From Takakia lepidozioides (Eukaryota > Plantae > Bryophyta), in contig CM060734.1 in NCBI GenBank assembly GCA_030704615.1, forward strand, positions 36,518,001 to 36,582,000: a stretch of DNA of 64,000 nt, given 5' to 3'. Positions 10,831 to 23,135 of the stretch are shown here, one piece after another. The position numbers were made by a program, and so were the translations under genes. Numbering within the stretch: the first letter of the stretch is position 1; the number at the start of each line of letters is the position of its first letter. The notes under the pieces are model-generated. The model did not search any database and was not told where the DNA came from. It saw only the letters and a program-made list of their open reading frames with translations.

Positions 10831-12469
10831 GAAGGATAGGGTGTCTCAGTTTGGACGTCATCAGATAGTTTTTCGGTGACTGTGCTTCATGTTATCTTTT
10901 TCTTTGTTCACAATAGTCCATCTTTATTGCAAAGGACATTGGTTCTTGTATACCGACCTATATACTATAACATTTTTTACGCAAATTTGAATGAACTATA
11001 AAAACGCTATGGACTTTTGAATCTCAAAACAATTTTTTTGTGCTATGGACTCTAAAAAACATATCTAAATGTAGCCAATTGTGATAAGGACAAAAAATCA
11101 TGTGTAGAAATTGTGCAATGTTTGAATAGGTGAAAATAGTTTGGAAATCTATCGCATTTTTACCAAGCTATGGATTTTTTATACACCAAAAAACATGTGT
11201 TTTTCATTAGTCCATAGCATATTGTCTTTTGGATTTTTGGGATATCATCTTTCACTAATAAATATACAAACATATAATCTAGGTGATGTATGGACAAATG
11301 GTCATCAATATACGAAGCAAGACGTTTGTTTTGTTTCGTTTTGTAGCGTCGTTGAGATCTCCCAAACCGTGGGGCCCCGGTGCGGGTGCTTGGTGCCGTT
11401 GGAAAGCCCTCGGTGACAAGGGGTGCACCGGCTTGGTCTCATGGTTTTTGGACCTACGGTGTGGGAGATCTGGAATTTCAAGTGCTTTGGGTCGTTGGAA
11501 ATTCAAGAAAAATAGCAAAGTGGGCTTTCCAGGAGCAATGATTGGCCCTTCATGTGGGAGATTTGGAATTTCAAATACTTTTGGTCGCTGGAAATTCGCA
11601 AAAAATAGCAAAGTGGATATATCAATATATGAAGCCTCAGGGGAGATTGCAAAAATAGCAAAGTGGGCAATGACATAGCGATCTTCCAAACTGTAGGTCT
11701 TTGGATACATTGGGGATTGCAGCCGACACTGGAGGTCACACTTGGGCCTCTACATGGGAGATGCACTTGGATACCTGAATAGAAGATTGCACTTGGGCTT
11801 AGATTTCAATTTTTCACGCATGGGCCAACAAGAGACACAACATAAGAAATTGCACTTGGTCTTAAATAACAATAGACACTTTGGCATCTAAATGGGATAT
11901 GCACTTGGATACATAAAAGATTGCACACTAGGCTTAGATGGGCCTCGACATGGGAGACGCACATGGGAGATGTCATTGGATACATATGAAACTTGGATAC
12001 ATAGGAGATTGCACTTGGGTTTAAATGGCAGTGGACACTTGGGCCTCTTAGATGGACCTCGACACAAGAGATGCACTAGGATACATAGGAAATTGCACTT
12101 GGTCTTAGATTTCAATTTTTCACACATTGGCCAGCGGCACAAGCTACCGTAAAGGTCGACTTGGGCTTCGACATAAGAGACGCATTTGGATACATAGGAG
12201 ATTGCACATGGGCTTAGATGACCCTGGACACTTGGGCCAACGGCACATGCTACCTTAGTACACTTTAAGATTTGACTCCTAAAGTTTTTTTCAATTAAAA
12301 TTAAATTTTCTAATAAATAATATTGGGGTTAGACCCTTTACTAAAGATGTTAAGTATACTATTGTCTATCTTTATAAGAATCAAACTGAAAATATATGCT
12401 TAAAAAAATTAAAAAAAATGGACTTTCATGGACGTCACCATCTGCAAAAAGTGAGACACCCTATCCTGC
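10831..12469. mobile_element. 1.64-kb non-autonomous TIR DNA transposon, superfamily unassigned
   Basis: Left end GAAGGATAGGGTGTCTCAGTT versus right-end reverse complement GCAGGATAGGGTGTCTCACTT (19/21). Flanks are AATT / AACT, a candidate 4-bp TSD. Degenerate internal tandem repeats (tgcacttggg..ttagat..ggatacatagg) at ~11660-12250. Confidence 0.7.
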
Positions 12470-13437
12470 AACTACCCTCGATTGCACAAAATATTTTGCA
12501 ATGACATTGCTTATTTTTGTCTACCAAATTACGAATATAGCCAATAAGATCCATACTTTCATGCCTTGATTCTCACTACACAATGCTTCCATGTTGAGTA
12601 AGGCTGAAAGGTCCGCCAAAATTCGGCATGTCCGGGCCGAAGCGCTATTTTATTGAAAAATCGCCAGATCTGGTTTTAGCGTGGGGGATAGCGTGGCAGG
12701 GTGGAGATGGTGAGCACGGCCCGTCAAACATTATATACCCTGGTAACAGGGGTGACGGTAAATTTTACAAGGACTGAGTAGTTGGTACTCCACGGTTGGG
12801 ATGTTGGGACGGTAGGAGACCCGACAAAGATAGCCCCCAGGCAGGCCTGCCGCCCAATCACAATCTTGGCGTGTTGACCGATGACATTATATCTCTTGAC
12901 CTCACAAATTTAATGTACAATGGTTGGCGGGGTCCCTGTATGTTTGGAAAAAGTGCCGTGCGAGGCAGATTTAAGGTGGGGCCTGCAGCAATTCTACAGG
13001 GCTGAGGCAACCGTGGAGCAACATGTGCGGCCTTGTTAGGACCCGCCATGCTAGATCGTCGTTTATGGGCAGGTACTGGGATACCGTGGAGATGCTCTAA
13101 GACCTCCATGTAATCAATTACGGATCTCACGTATTTGTCTGTGAGTAAAACAATACATACTTGTATAAGCCCCACCCAGTGCATAAGGCAGAGGCTTGGA
13201 TAGGAGCTCACCAGCTCTGGTCATAGCCCAACCTATATAGAATAAGCTACCGACGTAATCAGACAAATGTGGCACAAACATGGGATATATACCAAGGGGG
13301 GGGATTCAGGGATATACACCTAGGGGGAAGTGGGGTATACAAGGATGTACACCTAAAGGGGATACACAGAGGATATGAATGTTGAACAGAAAGGATTGTC
13401 ACTAATGCTGCATCCAAATTTGGGCAATGTTATAAAG

Positions 13438-14530
13438 ATTGTTCGAGCGGCTAGCATAAGCCACTACGAACTCTCTTCCCTCATCATCCACCTGTGTGAG
13501 CACCGCTCCAATCCCCAACATACTCCAATCTGTATGCAGCTGAAAAGGACGCCCCCCTGATAAGTCGTCTCAAGATGGGCGCTGAGGTCAACCTCGCCTT
13601 GAGCTCTTGAAAAGCTTGTTCTTATTCATCTTCCCACTGCCACTCCTGGTCTACCTTGGTCAGCTTGGTTAGAGTCTTTGCAATGGCACTAAATCCCTTG
13701 ACAAACCGTCTATAATAGTTTGCCAATCCCATGAAAGCTCGAACTCGGCTCACATCCATGGGGCGTGGAATCAGTGCAATGGCTTCTACCTTAATCTGTT
13801 GTACCCCCAATCCTCCATGATATATCATGTGACCCAGATACTCAATTTGGTTGTGGAAAAACTTGCACTTCCCCGGATGTAACTTCAATCCGTGCGCCCT
13901 CAAGCGCTCAAATACCACCTGAAGGTGTCTCTCATGCTCCTCCACCGTAGCACTAAAGATGATGATGTCATCTATGTAGCACCGAGCAAACTCCACCCCT
14001 GCTAGAATCTTGTCCATGACTCTCTGAAACTCTGCAGGAGCGTTCTTAAGCCCAAATGGTAAGAACTGCCACTGGTATAGGCAATCCTTCCCGTGCTCAT
14101 TGATCCCCCAGAATGTCGTCTTCTGCTTATCCGCCTCCTTGATCGGCAACTGGTGATATCCAGATCGTAAATCCAAAGTGTTAAAGACCTTGGCATGCCC
14201 AATGACATCAAAGATCTCCTCTGGTGTTGGCATGGCATACCTATCGGACTTGGTCTGACGATTTACAGGCCGGTAATCACCGCACATACGTCTCTCCGTC
14301 CAATTGCCATAGATATCCTTCTTGGCTGGCATCACTGTGGCTGAAGCATATTCTCCACCAGATAGCTCCACCAAACCAGCCTCCCAAAAGTCCTGAGTCC
14401 TCATCTGAATCAAAGACCTCTCCATGTCACTGTATCTATAGGGTCTCCGAAAGATTGGCGTGTCAGTGGCCAATTCAATGCGAATCTCTTGACCCTTCAG
14501 TGCTCCCAAGTCCTTCAAACTGAAGGCAAT
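13438..14530 (-). mobile_element. Truncated Ty3/gypsy pol fragment (RT plus start of RNase H)
   Basis: ORF 13622-14518 has RMCGDYRPVN, LDLRSGYHQL, LPFGLKNAPAEFQR, YIDDIIIFS and KCKFF..EYLGH. After a stop it continues into LHTDWSMLGIGAVLTQ...VVAYASRS. No paired LTRs identified. Confidence 0.93.
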
Positions 14531-16518
14531 TGTGTTTTTGTGCCTACCTTCTTAAAATGAGCCGCCGGTGTCAGAAGGAGACACTTCTATCTTTAACAAT
14601 TTATAAAGGATTGGTCTCAAATGGGGTCAAAGCCAAACAAACCGGATCAACTCTTGTATGGAAGGCCTTTGGTGCCTGCAAACTTCACTATCACGGTGCA
14701 GAAATGTTTTCACCTCATTGAGCTGTGCATTGAAGCAGGGCTCACATGAGAGAATGATACCTATACCTCCCCTCTTGGGAGCTATGCTTCAAAGCACAAG
14801 TGTTCGTGTTGAGGAAGCCAATAGTTGTGCATTATAGCACAGCTCATAGCGCAGAGGTTAGAAAAATAACTTTGGAAAATTGTGAATTCGAGTTAGCAAA
14901 GCTCATTTGTGTTTTTCTGATGTTCTTTATGTCCATGGACCACAGTGGTTGAGCGCATGATGACATCTTAATACAAAACATTGGGCTGGGCATGGGCTCC
15001 TCTGTTGACACCTATAACAATCTATTTGCGAGTAATAACCCAAGACCGGTGCAAACCCGTTCAGCGACTAAAGCATTGTGAAGCAAGTGAACGAGCCGGA
15101 AAACAACCAAATGTGGAGATCTAATCCGGATTGCCTTCAAGGGGGGTTGGCATCCCATACGTACAGCGTGAGCAGAAAAGATTTGAGCAGGAAATCAAAC
15201 CAACGTGAGCACAATCCCCAGTTATAATAAGGATAATATGTTTGCAAATGGAAATATAAGTAATAGGTGGACACAGGGTACTACTACGATAATAGGGTCA
15301 GTTACATGGTATATGAGTATATTTGAGCTAAAACCCTTTGAACATACGGTAAAACACAAATATTTAATAGCGAACTATTAGGGAACTAGTTGTTATACTT
15401 GTACATTTTGAACTGCATCCAAAAATTCAAGCACATTAGACGGAATAGAAGAGAACTCTGTAAAGCTTTATAACATACCCAAATGAGGTGACTGCGCAAC
15501 AGTTAACAAGAACCTCTGGGTGGAGAAGTAAAACCCTGTAATCGAAGGAAAAGAAAAAGACAAAAAAGCAAATCAAACTGATCTAGCATCACCTAGACAT
15601 AGCTTGTGCCCTTTGTAACACCATAGAAACTCGCTGCCTACATAAGGCTACAAAAACAGAGGCATTGGGGGTATACACTGTCTGCAGATCTGGTGCAGAG
15701 GACGGTATACAATGATCACCAATTTTTGCTAGTCTCAGTATTCTACTGAATAAGATGCACTCAGAGTATTGCCCAGGACGTTCAATTAGGAACTTGTCTA
15801 GCCGCAGTCTTTCCCAATTGAAGCTGCTGAAGGCACTGATGTCAACTAGCAGCATCAGAAGAGTCAGAACATCAAAGCTCAAATGCACCTCAGTTTCCTC
15901 TAGGGGATTCTGCTCCAGTTTCTCTCTGTTCTTTTCACCAAGCTCTGCCTTCCTCATTCTAAGATCTCCTTCCTTTGGTTTCCGTTTCTATTCTCTCTCA
16001 TACTTCGTCATAAGGAGGCTGCCCCTCTGCTTTTAGTTTGCCTTATGGCCTTGCAAGGTTGTTTTTCCTTGCCTTAATTTGAAGATCCGGGCTCCGCTCC
16101 GTTTTATTTAAAACAGCAGAAAGTCCTTGTGCAGGAACTTTCCACTATGCAAATTGCAGGGAGACCCCTTGGTTCCAAGACCTGCAAAGAGAGCTTACAG
16201 ATTCTATCCTCTCTACGCTCTTTTTTACAAAAATCAAACTCTACAATAAGCTTTTGTATGTGCAGCATTGTGCTGGCCTTCCTACCTTGTTTCTATCTGA
16301 AGGGTGATACTGAACTTCCTTGAAAATTTCCCTTGACTGTCCACTGGCCCCCTCCATGGGCTGCACCTTGAGCAGTAGGCTCTGTAAAGGGGCTAGGCCT
16401 TTACCTCTACCCTTGGGCATACTGTGTCCTGGTAAAAGTTCGGTTTCTTCTTCAGAAGTTTCTTGTGCTGTAGACTGATTCAATGACTGGTAGATCCATT
16501 GCATGTCCTTGCAGCTTT

Positions 16519-19500
16519 TCACATGTGCTTTTGTGTTGTCATATCCGTCTCCTTTCCTACAGCATTCAAAACCTCCAACCTATCATTGTGAGAGTGTGTG
16601 AAACCCCTTTGACGCTCCTCTTTGACAGTTTCCTGAGAGCGAAACGCCAAAACCCATGCCCTCCGCCAGCTGTCTGAACTGAAATTTCCCCCAGATCCAT
16701 GCAAAATTCTCTCATGGTGCACTGAGACATCCCCCCTATTCATCTCGGCTGCCTTCGGCAAATCATGTTCTGAGAGAGTAGCAGCCAACGTGTGGGATTT
16801 GTCACGATCTCCATGAAGGGGTCCATGACATCTCAAATTCTTCTCCAGATGTGTATGTGGTACAAATTGAACACATCCATTTTCGACTCTTGAGTTATCG
16901 ATTGCAAGCCAAAAGGATGCTGTCCGCGTATCTGTGGTGACTGGCCAGTACGCCAGATCTTGATGCCTGAAAATAAAAAAGTTCAGATCCTCATCTTAAC
17001 AAAGACATCCTTCAGATTTATAGAGCACCTTTCTATTGCAGCCAAAGTGACCTGGTAAAGAAGTGGGCACTGATTGATGAGAGAAGAGAGAAGGTATCCG
17101 AGAGAGAATGTACTCATAAGACGTTGTTTGCCATAGCCTTGAGGCCGGTATCCAAGAGAGAGAAAGCATGAGAGAGCAAGCCACATCCAGACATTGGCAT
17201 CTTACCACTTGAATTCAGCATCAGGCTTGTTGGGTGGCTTAGCAAGGAGCTGGTCATAGTCTAACACCATGTCTGGCCCCAGAAGCTGCTTAGCAATTGA
17301 TGCAGCTCGTCTCTCATAGATGTTGTCCTTCAAACTTTGGTTGTACCTACAAGGGCATGGAAAACCAAACTCAAAATGACACATTCAGAAAGATCATCAC
17401 TCCCTCAAGAAACTACATGTGCAGCCGAAAGTGTTGATCATAAGTGTAGGAATTACGAGAAGTATGTATGACCATCTCAGTCTGACCTTAATTCGTAAAG
17501 CAGGGCTGATATATATACATATATATATTTGTGGTTAGCCTGTCACCAACAAGACTATCGGCATAGACTCTGTTTCTAGCCATGCCATTGCCAACAATTT
17601 TGGAACAAACACATGCTTAAAACGAACTCAAGACATTGTTTGCAGTTTGCAGTAGCCTTGTGGCCATAGACCCTGCGCCCAGTTTGGGCAGAGCAAAAGG
17701 GAACAGGGACTACCTTTGTGAGGGGCTCACTCCGGCATGTGACTTACCTTGATAGTGACAATTAGTTCGGGTTTTCCAGATATCCTCTAGAAAGCCCTTC
17801 ACACAAGCATCCACTTGCTGTATGTGAGCTGCCCAGCAATTAGACCCCAACAGGGCAGGGCTTTAGGCTCAGCCTCAGGATTTTGTAAGTTGGTGAACAG
17901 AAGTGCAGGAACAATGTTCTTGATCGTCCTGAAGGCACTCTGATGAGAATATCCCAGACAATGTACCAGACGTTGGATATTGCCTTCAGGCTGCCCGCAC
18001 ATTGGGCATTTACAATCTCCTCTTCTTCTCTGCATCTGTATATTGTTCAAAGGTAAGCTTTCCACCCAGTGTACTCATTTCAGTCTAGTGCCAAGGGTAG
18101 GTAGGCCCTTGAGATCATCCTTTAGGTCCTTGCCCACGTCACAGACTGGAAACAAGTTCAGGGAAGTTTTATGCCTAACTTCATTTTCATCAGCAGTGTT
18201 TGGGCATCAGAGATGGCTGTGGACACAACCCTCTCCAGGTCAGCTTCATCCAGTAGGGTCAATTCCTCTGGACTCATAATCAGATACTTGAAATCTCTTC
18301 TACCCTTTCCTGCCAAGACTCAGCCTGTTTAACAGGAGAGTCTTGCTTCCAAGAAATAGTGTCAATTATCTTAGGGAACATGCTTAATCTGGAGGGAATT
18401 TGTACATGGGAGGAGTAAAGTGGGGTGGTAGAGGTGGAACAGAAAAACAACGTACTCATGCCTGTCCTTGGGTAAAAAATAGCCCAAATAATCACTGCAA
18501 GATATGACCTCCTGAAGACAGACTTGATTTTTAGTGCACCAGGGTAGGGATGTAGAGATTGTACTCATAAGACGTTGTTCGCCGTAGCCTTGTGGCCATT
18601 GACCCCGCGCCCAGTTTGAGCGGGAACAAAAGGGACAGAACCTACCTCTGTCAGGGGCTGACATTGGTAGTAAGACTTACCTCCATATAAAGAATTAATC
18701 CGGGTTTTCCAGATATCCTCTAGAAATCCCTTCACACAAGCATCAATCTGCTGTGTGTGATTTGCCCAAAAACTAGGCCTCAGGAGGGCCTGGGCTTTTG
18801 GCTCAGCCTCGAGACTTTCTAGGGATGTAGAGAGACAAAGGCCGACAGGAAGATAGCAGTGAGTCCAGAACCTATGCAACCACAGTTCTACCTGAGATTT
18901 TGTGTATTACAATAGGTGACCAAAGATGAAATATGTGTAGTTATGCACCCTTCACTGTGATGTCGATGACGCAATTCAGCCCTTCAAGACTCGAACCGGT
19001 GGGATAGTAAACCTTGCCTAAGCCAGTCGCAGGGTTTGAATCCACTGGGTTAAAAACTTAGCCAGAATTCTGCAGTGCCTGCACATAGACAAGAGAGGGC
19101 CCAATACAAACAAGGAGAAGGTGACATAACTCTACCTTGACGGGAGCATGATATTTATGATGGAGAAGCTGTCAATGGGCTTTGTATAATCCCCAGACAT
19201 GTCACAGAAGTCTCGACCCTCCACAAGAACTTCTCGCATGATGAAAGCCATGAATTCTTTCTCCAAATCACACATTTCCTTTTCAGATAAGATTCCCTGG
19301 GAGCAAAACATAAGGCACAATAAACCACCCCTGGAGAAATTTGAATCATTCAAAAACCTCATTCGGAACCAGACGAGTAAAGAACTGAACCACCAAGGTA
19401 ATTGCTCAGATCCAATGATCCTTCTAGGCCTATGCCCTCAAGGGTGTCTGAGAGGTAACCTTCACATACAGTAAAAGAACATCTTACTCATACCAGCATT

Positions 19501-20301
19501 CTTTCCTGTAGTATTAAGTTGGTATAGTGCACATCCAATAGATCTTTATCCTGGGCGTCTCAGCCCTGTAAACTAATGACAGTCCGTGACAATCAGGACA
19601 CAGGAGCATGTTAGAAGATGTCCGAATGGGATTACGCACGAAAGAATGCTGGCTGATTAATGATTTCAAGCATTAAAACGCCCAGAGACCCCCCCCCCCC
19701 AACCAACCAATTTCCTTTGGCGGGAAGAGTGCCATCCCAAACGTAAGGGATAGAATGCACTAATGAACCAGGCTTGATCCACAAAAGAGGGTGAGATCCC
19801 TAATAAATCGTGTCTCCTCAGAGGAGGCACTAAAATTGTGTCCGGCAATTCTTGAACAGAGGAGCAATTTGCAGGGGAAATAGCGTCAGAGAAGATTAAC
19901 ACCAAATTGACATTTAACATGCCCGAAAATCGTGGAAACTGTGACCCACAACTGCAGCTGCAATTTATGAATTGAGCCCAGATTTTCACAAGAAAATTCA
20001 ACACTCCTGACCCGTGGATCTTTACGAGTCCGGATTCGATAGTCGGACACAAGTAGCCCTCCGCAGGAAACATCACAACAACGCCAAACCAGGTCTATAT
20101 CCAGGATTGCATTTGCACAACCGAGACACTGAGAAATGACATGCTTGATGTACATAACTTTCAATTTACTCCAGAAATGCTGACCAGAAAATCGAGGCAG
20201 ATGCATACCTTCAGATGAACATAGCCATTGCAGTTGAAGGTCCGGATGTCTGCATCGGTGACGACGTAGCGATCCCCCTGGCGCCTGCCATCGTCCGCCA
20301 T
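16519..20301 (-). CDS. Phytanoyl-CoA dioxygenase (PhyH)-family 2OG-Fe(II) oxygenase, 4 exons, ~280 aa
   Basis: Exons 20301-20209, 19296-19136, 17346-17206 and 16966-16519 have GT-AG ends and compatible phases (843 nt). Protein: MADDGRR..FNCNGYVHLKGILS..DQLLAKPP..FKWHQDLAYWP..ASFWLAIDNSRVENGCVQFVP..GDVSVHHERILHGSGGN..RRA, which carries the HxD...H iron triad and the downstream Arg. Confidence 0.9.
17110..18815. repeat. Repeated intronic module in the PhyH gene (copies at ~17652-17885 and ~18561-18815, partial copy at 17110-17146)
   Basis: A ~235-bp block gtagccttgtggcca..gacttacct..cgggttttccagatatcctctagaaa.cccttcacacaagcatc..ggctcagcctc is present twice. The segment gtactcataagacgttgtt.gcc.tagccttg also occurs in the next intron. 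Confidence 0.85.
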
Positions 20302-20586
20302 CGCCCCGCGAGCACCATGAACGAACAAAGTAGACGACCATTGCATTTGGGAGATTATAACAAAATAAATTATCTCGCCTTACATCTGTGAAACATATCA
20401 ATCTTTTCCATTGTCCCGTGCAATATTAACGGCAGTACGGGCGCATGTGGATTTGAGCCCATAACCACTGGGAGTTCTAGGAATTTAGGGTTTGGGTCCC
20501 GTGCATCACTGAAGAGTGAAGAGAAGGGAAGGGAGGAGACTGAGGAGACATTTTCAGAGAGGCCAGAAAGAGTGCGGATCGGAGAT
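20302..20586. promoter_or_regulatory. Compact bidirectional promoter and 5' UTR interval between PhyH and eIF4E
   Basis: Divergent ATGs are separated by 285 bp. A telo-box TAGGGTTT (20486-20493) lies next to a site-II-like AGCCCA (20456-20461), a combination known from plant translation-machinery genes. Confidence 0.6.
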
Positions 20587-23135
20587 ATGGCGGAGGAGGA
20601 GAAAGCTGCCGTTGTGGGAGAGCTAGACGAGACTCTCAAGACAGAGGCTCCTGAGGAAGGGGAGATCGTGTTGTCGGAGGGGGAAGTGGATCGACCGATT
20701 GATGGAGGGAAAAAGCATCCGCTGGAGCACGCCTGGACGTTTTGGTTTGATAATCCTAACGGAAAGCAGAAGCAGGCCACGTGGGGTAGCTCTCTCCGGC
20801 CTGTCTATACCTTCTCCACAGTTGAAGATTTCTGGTGGTATGGATATGGAATCTCTGTCTCTCTCTCCTTTCTTTCCTATTAAAATCTTTGAACTAGTTT
20901 TTATCTAGCTTTCAGTAACTTGTAAAGGATTTCTGGTTGTATGGATATGGAATCTCTCTCTCTCTCTCTCTCTCTCTCTCCTTTCTCTCCTATTGAAATC
21001 AATGAGCTAGTTTTTATCTAGCTTTCAGAAACCTATATAGGAATTCTCTTCCATTTCGGGTAGCTAGTAGTTGAAGTTTTCTAGGCCTTAAAGGGCTGCT
21101 TGGCTTGAGCGGCTGACCTACTTGGGGAAATTTCCTGTGGGTAGATTGTCTATCTGTCTATCTTTCACCTGCTCCCCTGACTGACGTTTGAAGTTTCTAA
21201 GTGAGATTTTGTAAGATTTGCGTACCATTGTGACGTACGGGAGTAGGATAGTCTAACTTGCCACGGTGTTAACTCTGCTGTCTATATGCAGCCTGTACAA
21301 CAACGTGCTGCAACCCAGCAAGCTGATTGCAGGTGCTGATTTCCACTGCTTCAAGGCTGGAATCGAACCGAAGTGGGAGGATCCCAAGTGTGCGCACGGT
21401 GGCAAATGGACTGCAAACACTCCCCGGGGTGGCAAGGGCGCCCTCGACACTTACTGGCTCCACACTGTAGGTTTTGACTTAGCCTTGTGCTTTGTGATTG
21501 AATGCAACTTCACACTGGAGATGTCACTTATGCATCACAATCAACCAATCTATTTCACCTTTTGGCTACTACTGCCCACCCCCATCTCTGCCTGCTAACC
21601 ATGGAGATCCAGGAGAGCTTCAGTCCTAAGAGTTTTGGTTTAGCTTTCTCTCTGTGAAGGGATAGAAAGCCGTCCCTCATGTAACTGGCTCCTGGTTGTT
21701 GGCTCCAGCTGCCATCCCTTCTTTCTTCTCCGCAGATGATTGAATTGACAAAGGGATTTCCCACCTTCGTTTTGCAATGGGAGCTGTACACATAGCCTGT
21801 GGGTGAGTGTGTTGCCTTACCGATCTGGCTGCCAAAAGGCATCCAAGTCTTCCCTGGTCACATAACTGGCCGAGGGTTGTTCTTCTGCTTCTGTTTGACT
21901 CATTTCAAGCAGTTGTGTGTAAATTTCCCTCAAGCATCCTTTGCACTACCTTTTCATGAAACTTGAGAGAGGTCAATAAGATGCCTTTGGTAATTGGATG
22001 CAGGCTGCGACATCGTTTTCCTCTTTCTGTTTACCTTCCTCTCTTCTCCATTTGCCTCGCTTTTGCTTTGGTTTATTGTATTGCAGTCATGCTGGCATTC
22101 TGATGTTGTTATGTTGTTTTAAGATTTGCATTTTCGTTTGTGTCTGCAGCTGCTGGCAATGATTGGGGAGCAATTTGATGAAGGGGATGAAATATGTGGG
22201 GCTGTGGTGAGTGTGCGGAGACAACAAGACAAGATTGCCATCTGGACCAAGACAGCATCCAATGAAGCTGCCCAGGTTGGCAGTTGACTCCTGACTGAAT
22301 TGGTGACTTTTAGAGCTACTTGCACGCTCAAGCAGCCACGTTTTCATTTGTTGCTAATGGGTAGATGGATATTGTCACTTGGCATGTGGAATTTGATCTT
22401 CAGGTGTTACAGCCAGATTACAGTTGTATGTGTTGTTATGGTGGAGGGGTCGAGTTTCAAACCTCTTTGTAACTTCAAGGCTTGTCATCTGTAGATGTTA
22501 AAGATGTTTGTGAAAACCACATTTGAGTGCTGGTGGTGTTTCACATCATCTACAGGAAGACATTTTAGTTGGTGGTCTCTTTGAAAATCACCGAGAAACA
22601 ATTTAGCCCTCTTGTCCACACAGATGTGGCAAACATTAATAAATGTCTATGGTGGTGCAGATAAGTGTGGGGAAGCAATGGAAGGAAGTACTGGATTACA
22701 ACGATAAGCTTGGCTATTTGTTCCATGTACAAGTTTTTACCTTCAGCTCACCTAATCAACCTTTCATCTATGATGTCTCAATCTCGAGTTAACGTCCTGT
22801 TAAGCCTATTTTTTGTAGGAGATCAACGCCCCCCATGCCAGTCATTGGTTCAGCTGTGTCAGTCTGAAATTGGAGTAGTGGGGCATAGCCAATGATAATC
22901 TGGGTATGGAGTTCAGGGCAATGCATTTCCAAATAAAAGCAATCTTGCCTTAGTAGTTTATACCTTCATACAGGTTGTACTGAGAGTCACAGTATAGAGA
23001 CCAAAGGGCATGGGAAAGAGAGGGGGAGAAGTGTAATGTTCTGTTCTTAAGGAGCTGATACAAGTTTTGTCGTGGGCTCCTCAGGACGATGCAAAAAGAC
23101 AGGAAAAAGCAGCCAAGAATCGGTACACAGTGTAA
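20587..23135 (+). CDS. eIF4E: Eukaryotic translation initiation factor 4E (class I cap-binding protein), 5 exons, ~222 aa
   Basis: Exons 20587-20837, 21292-21466, 22150-22275, 22661-22726 and 23085-23135 are GT-AG and in phase. Protein: [86 protein letters not shown]. All eight conserved Trp are present and the intron positions are the typical plant ones. Confidence 0.97.

Noticed and set aside
11141-12152. Several 84-143 aa ORFs inside the TIR element
   Set aside because: They arise from internal degenerate repeats on both strands and show no transposase motifs.
12592-13388. Possible LTR (TGTT...AACA, internal TATATAG) next to the gypsy RT fragment
   Set aside because: No partner LTR, TSD, PPT or PBS found to support the boundaries.
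18975-19050. Pol III B-box-like motifs on both strands (GGTTCGAGTC, GGTTTGAATCC)
   Set aside because: I could not build a cloverleaf or find a properly spaced A-box, so it is not called as tRNA or SINE.
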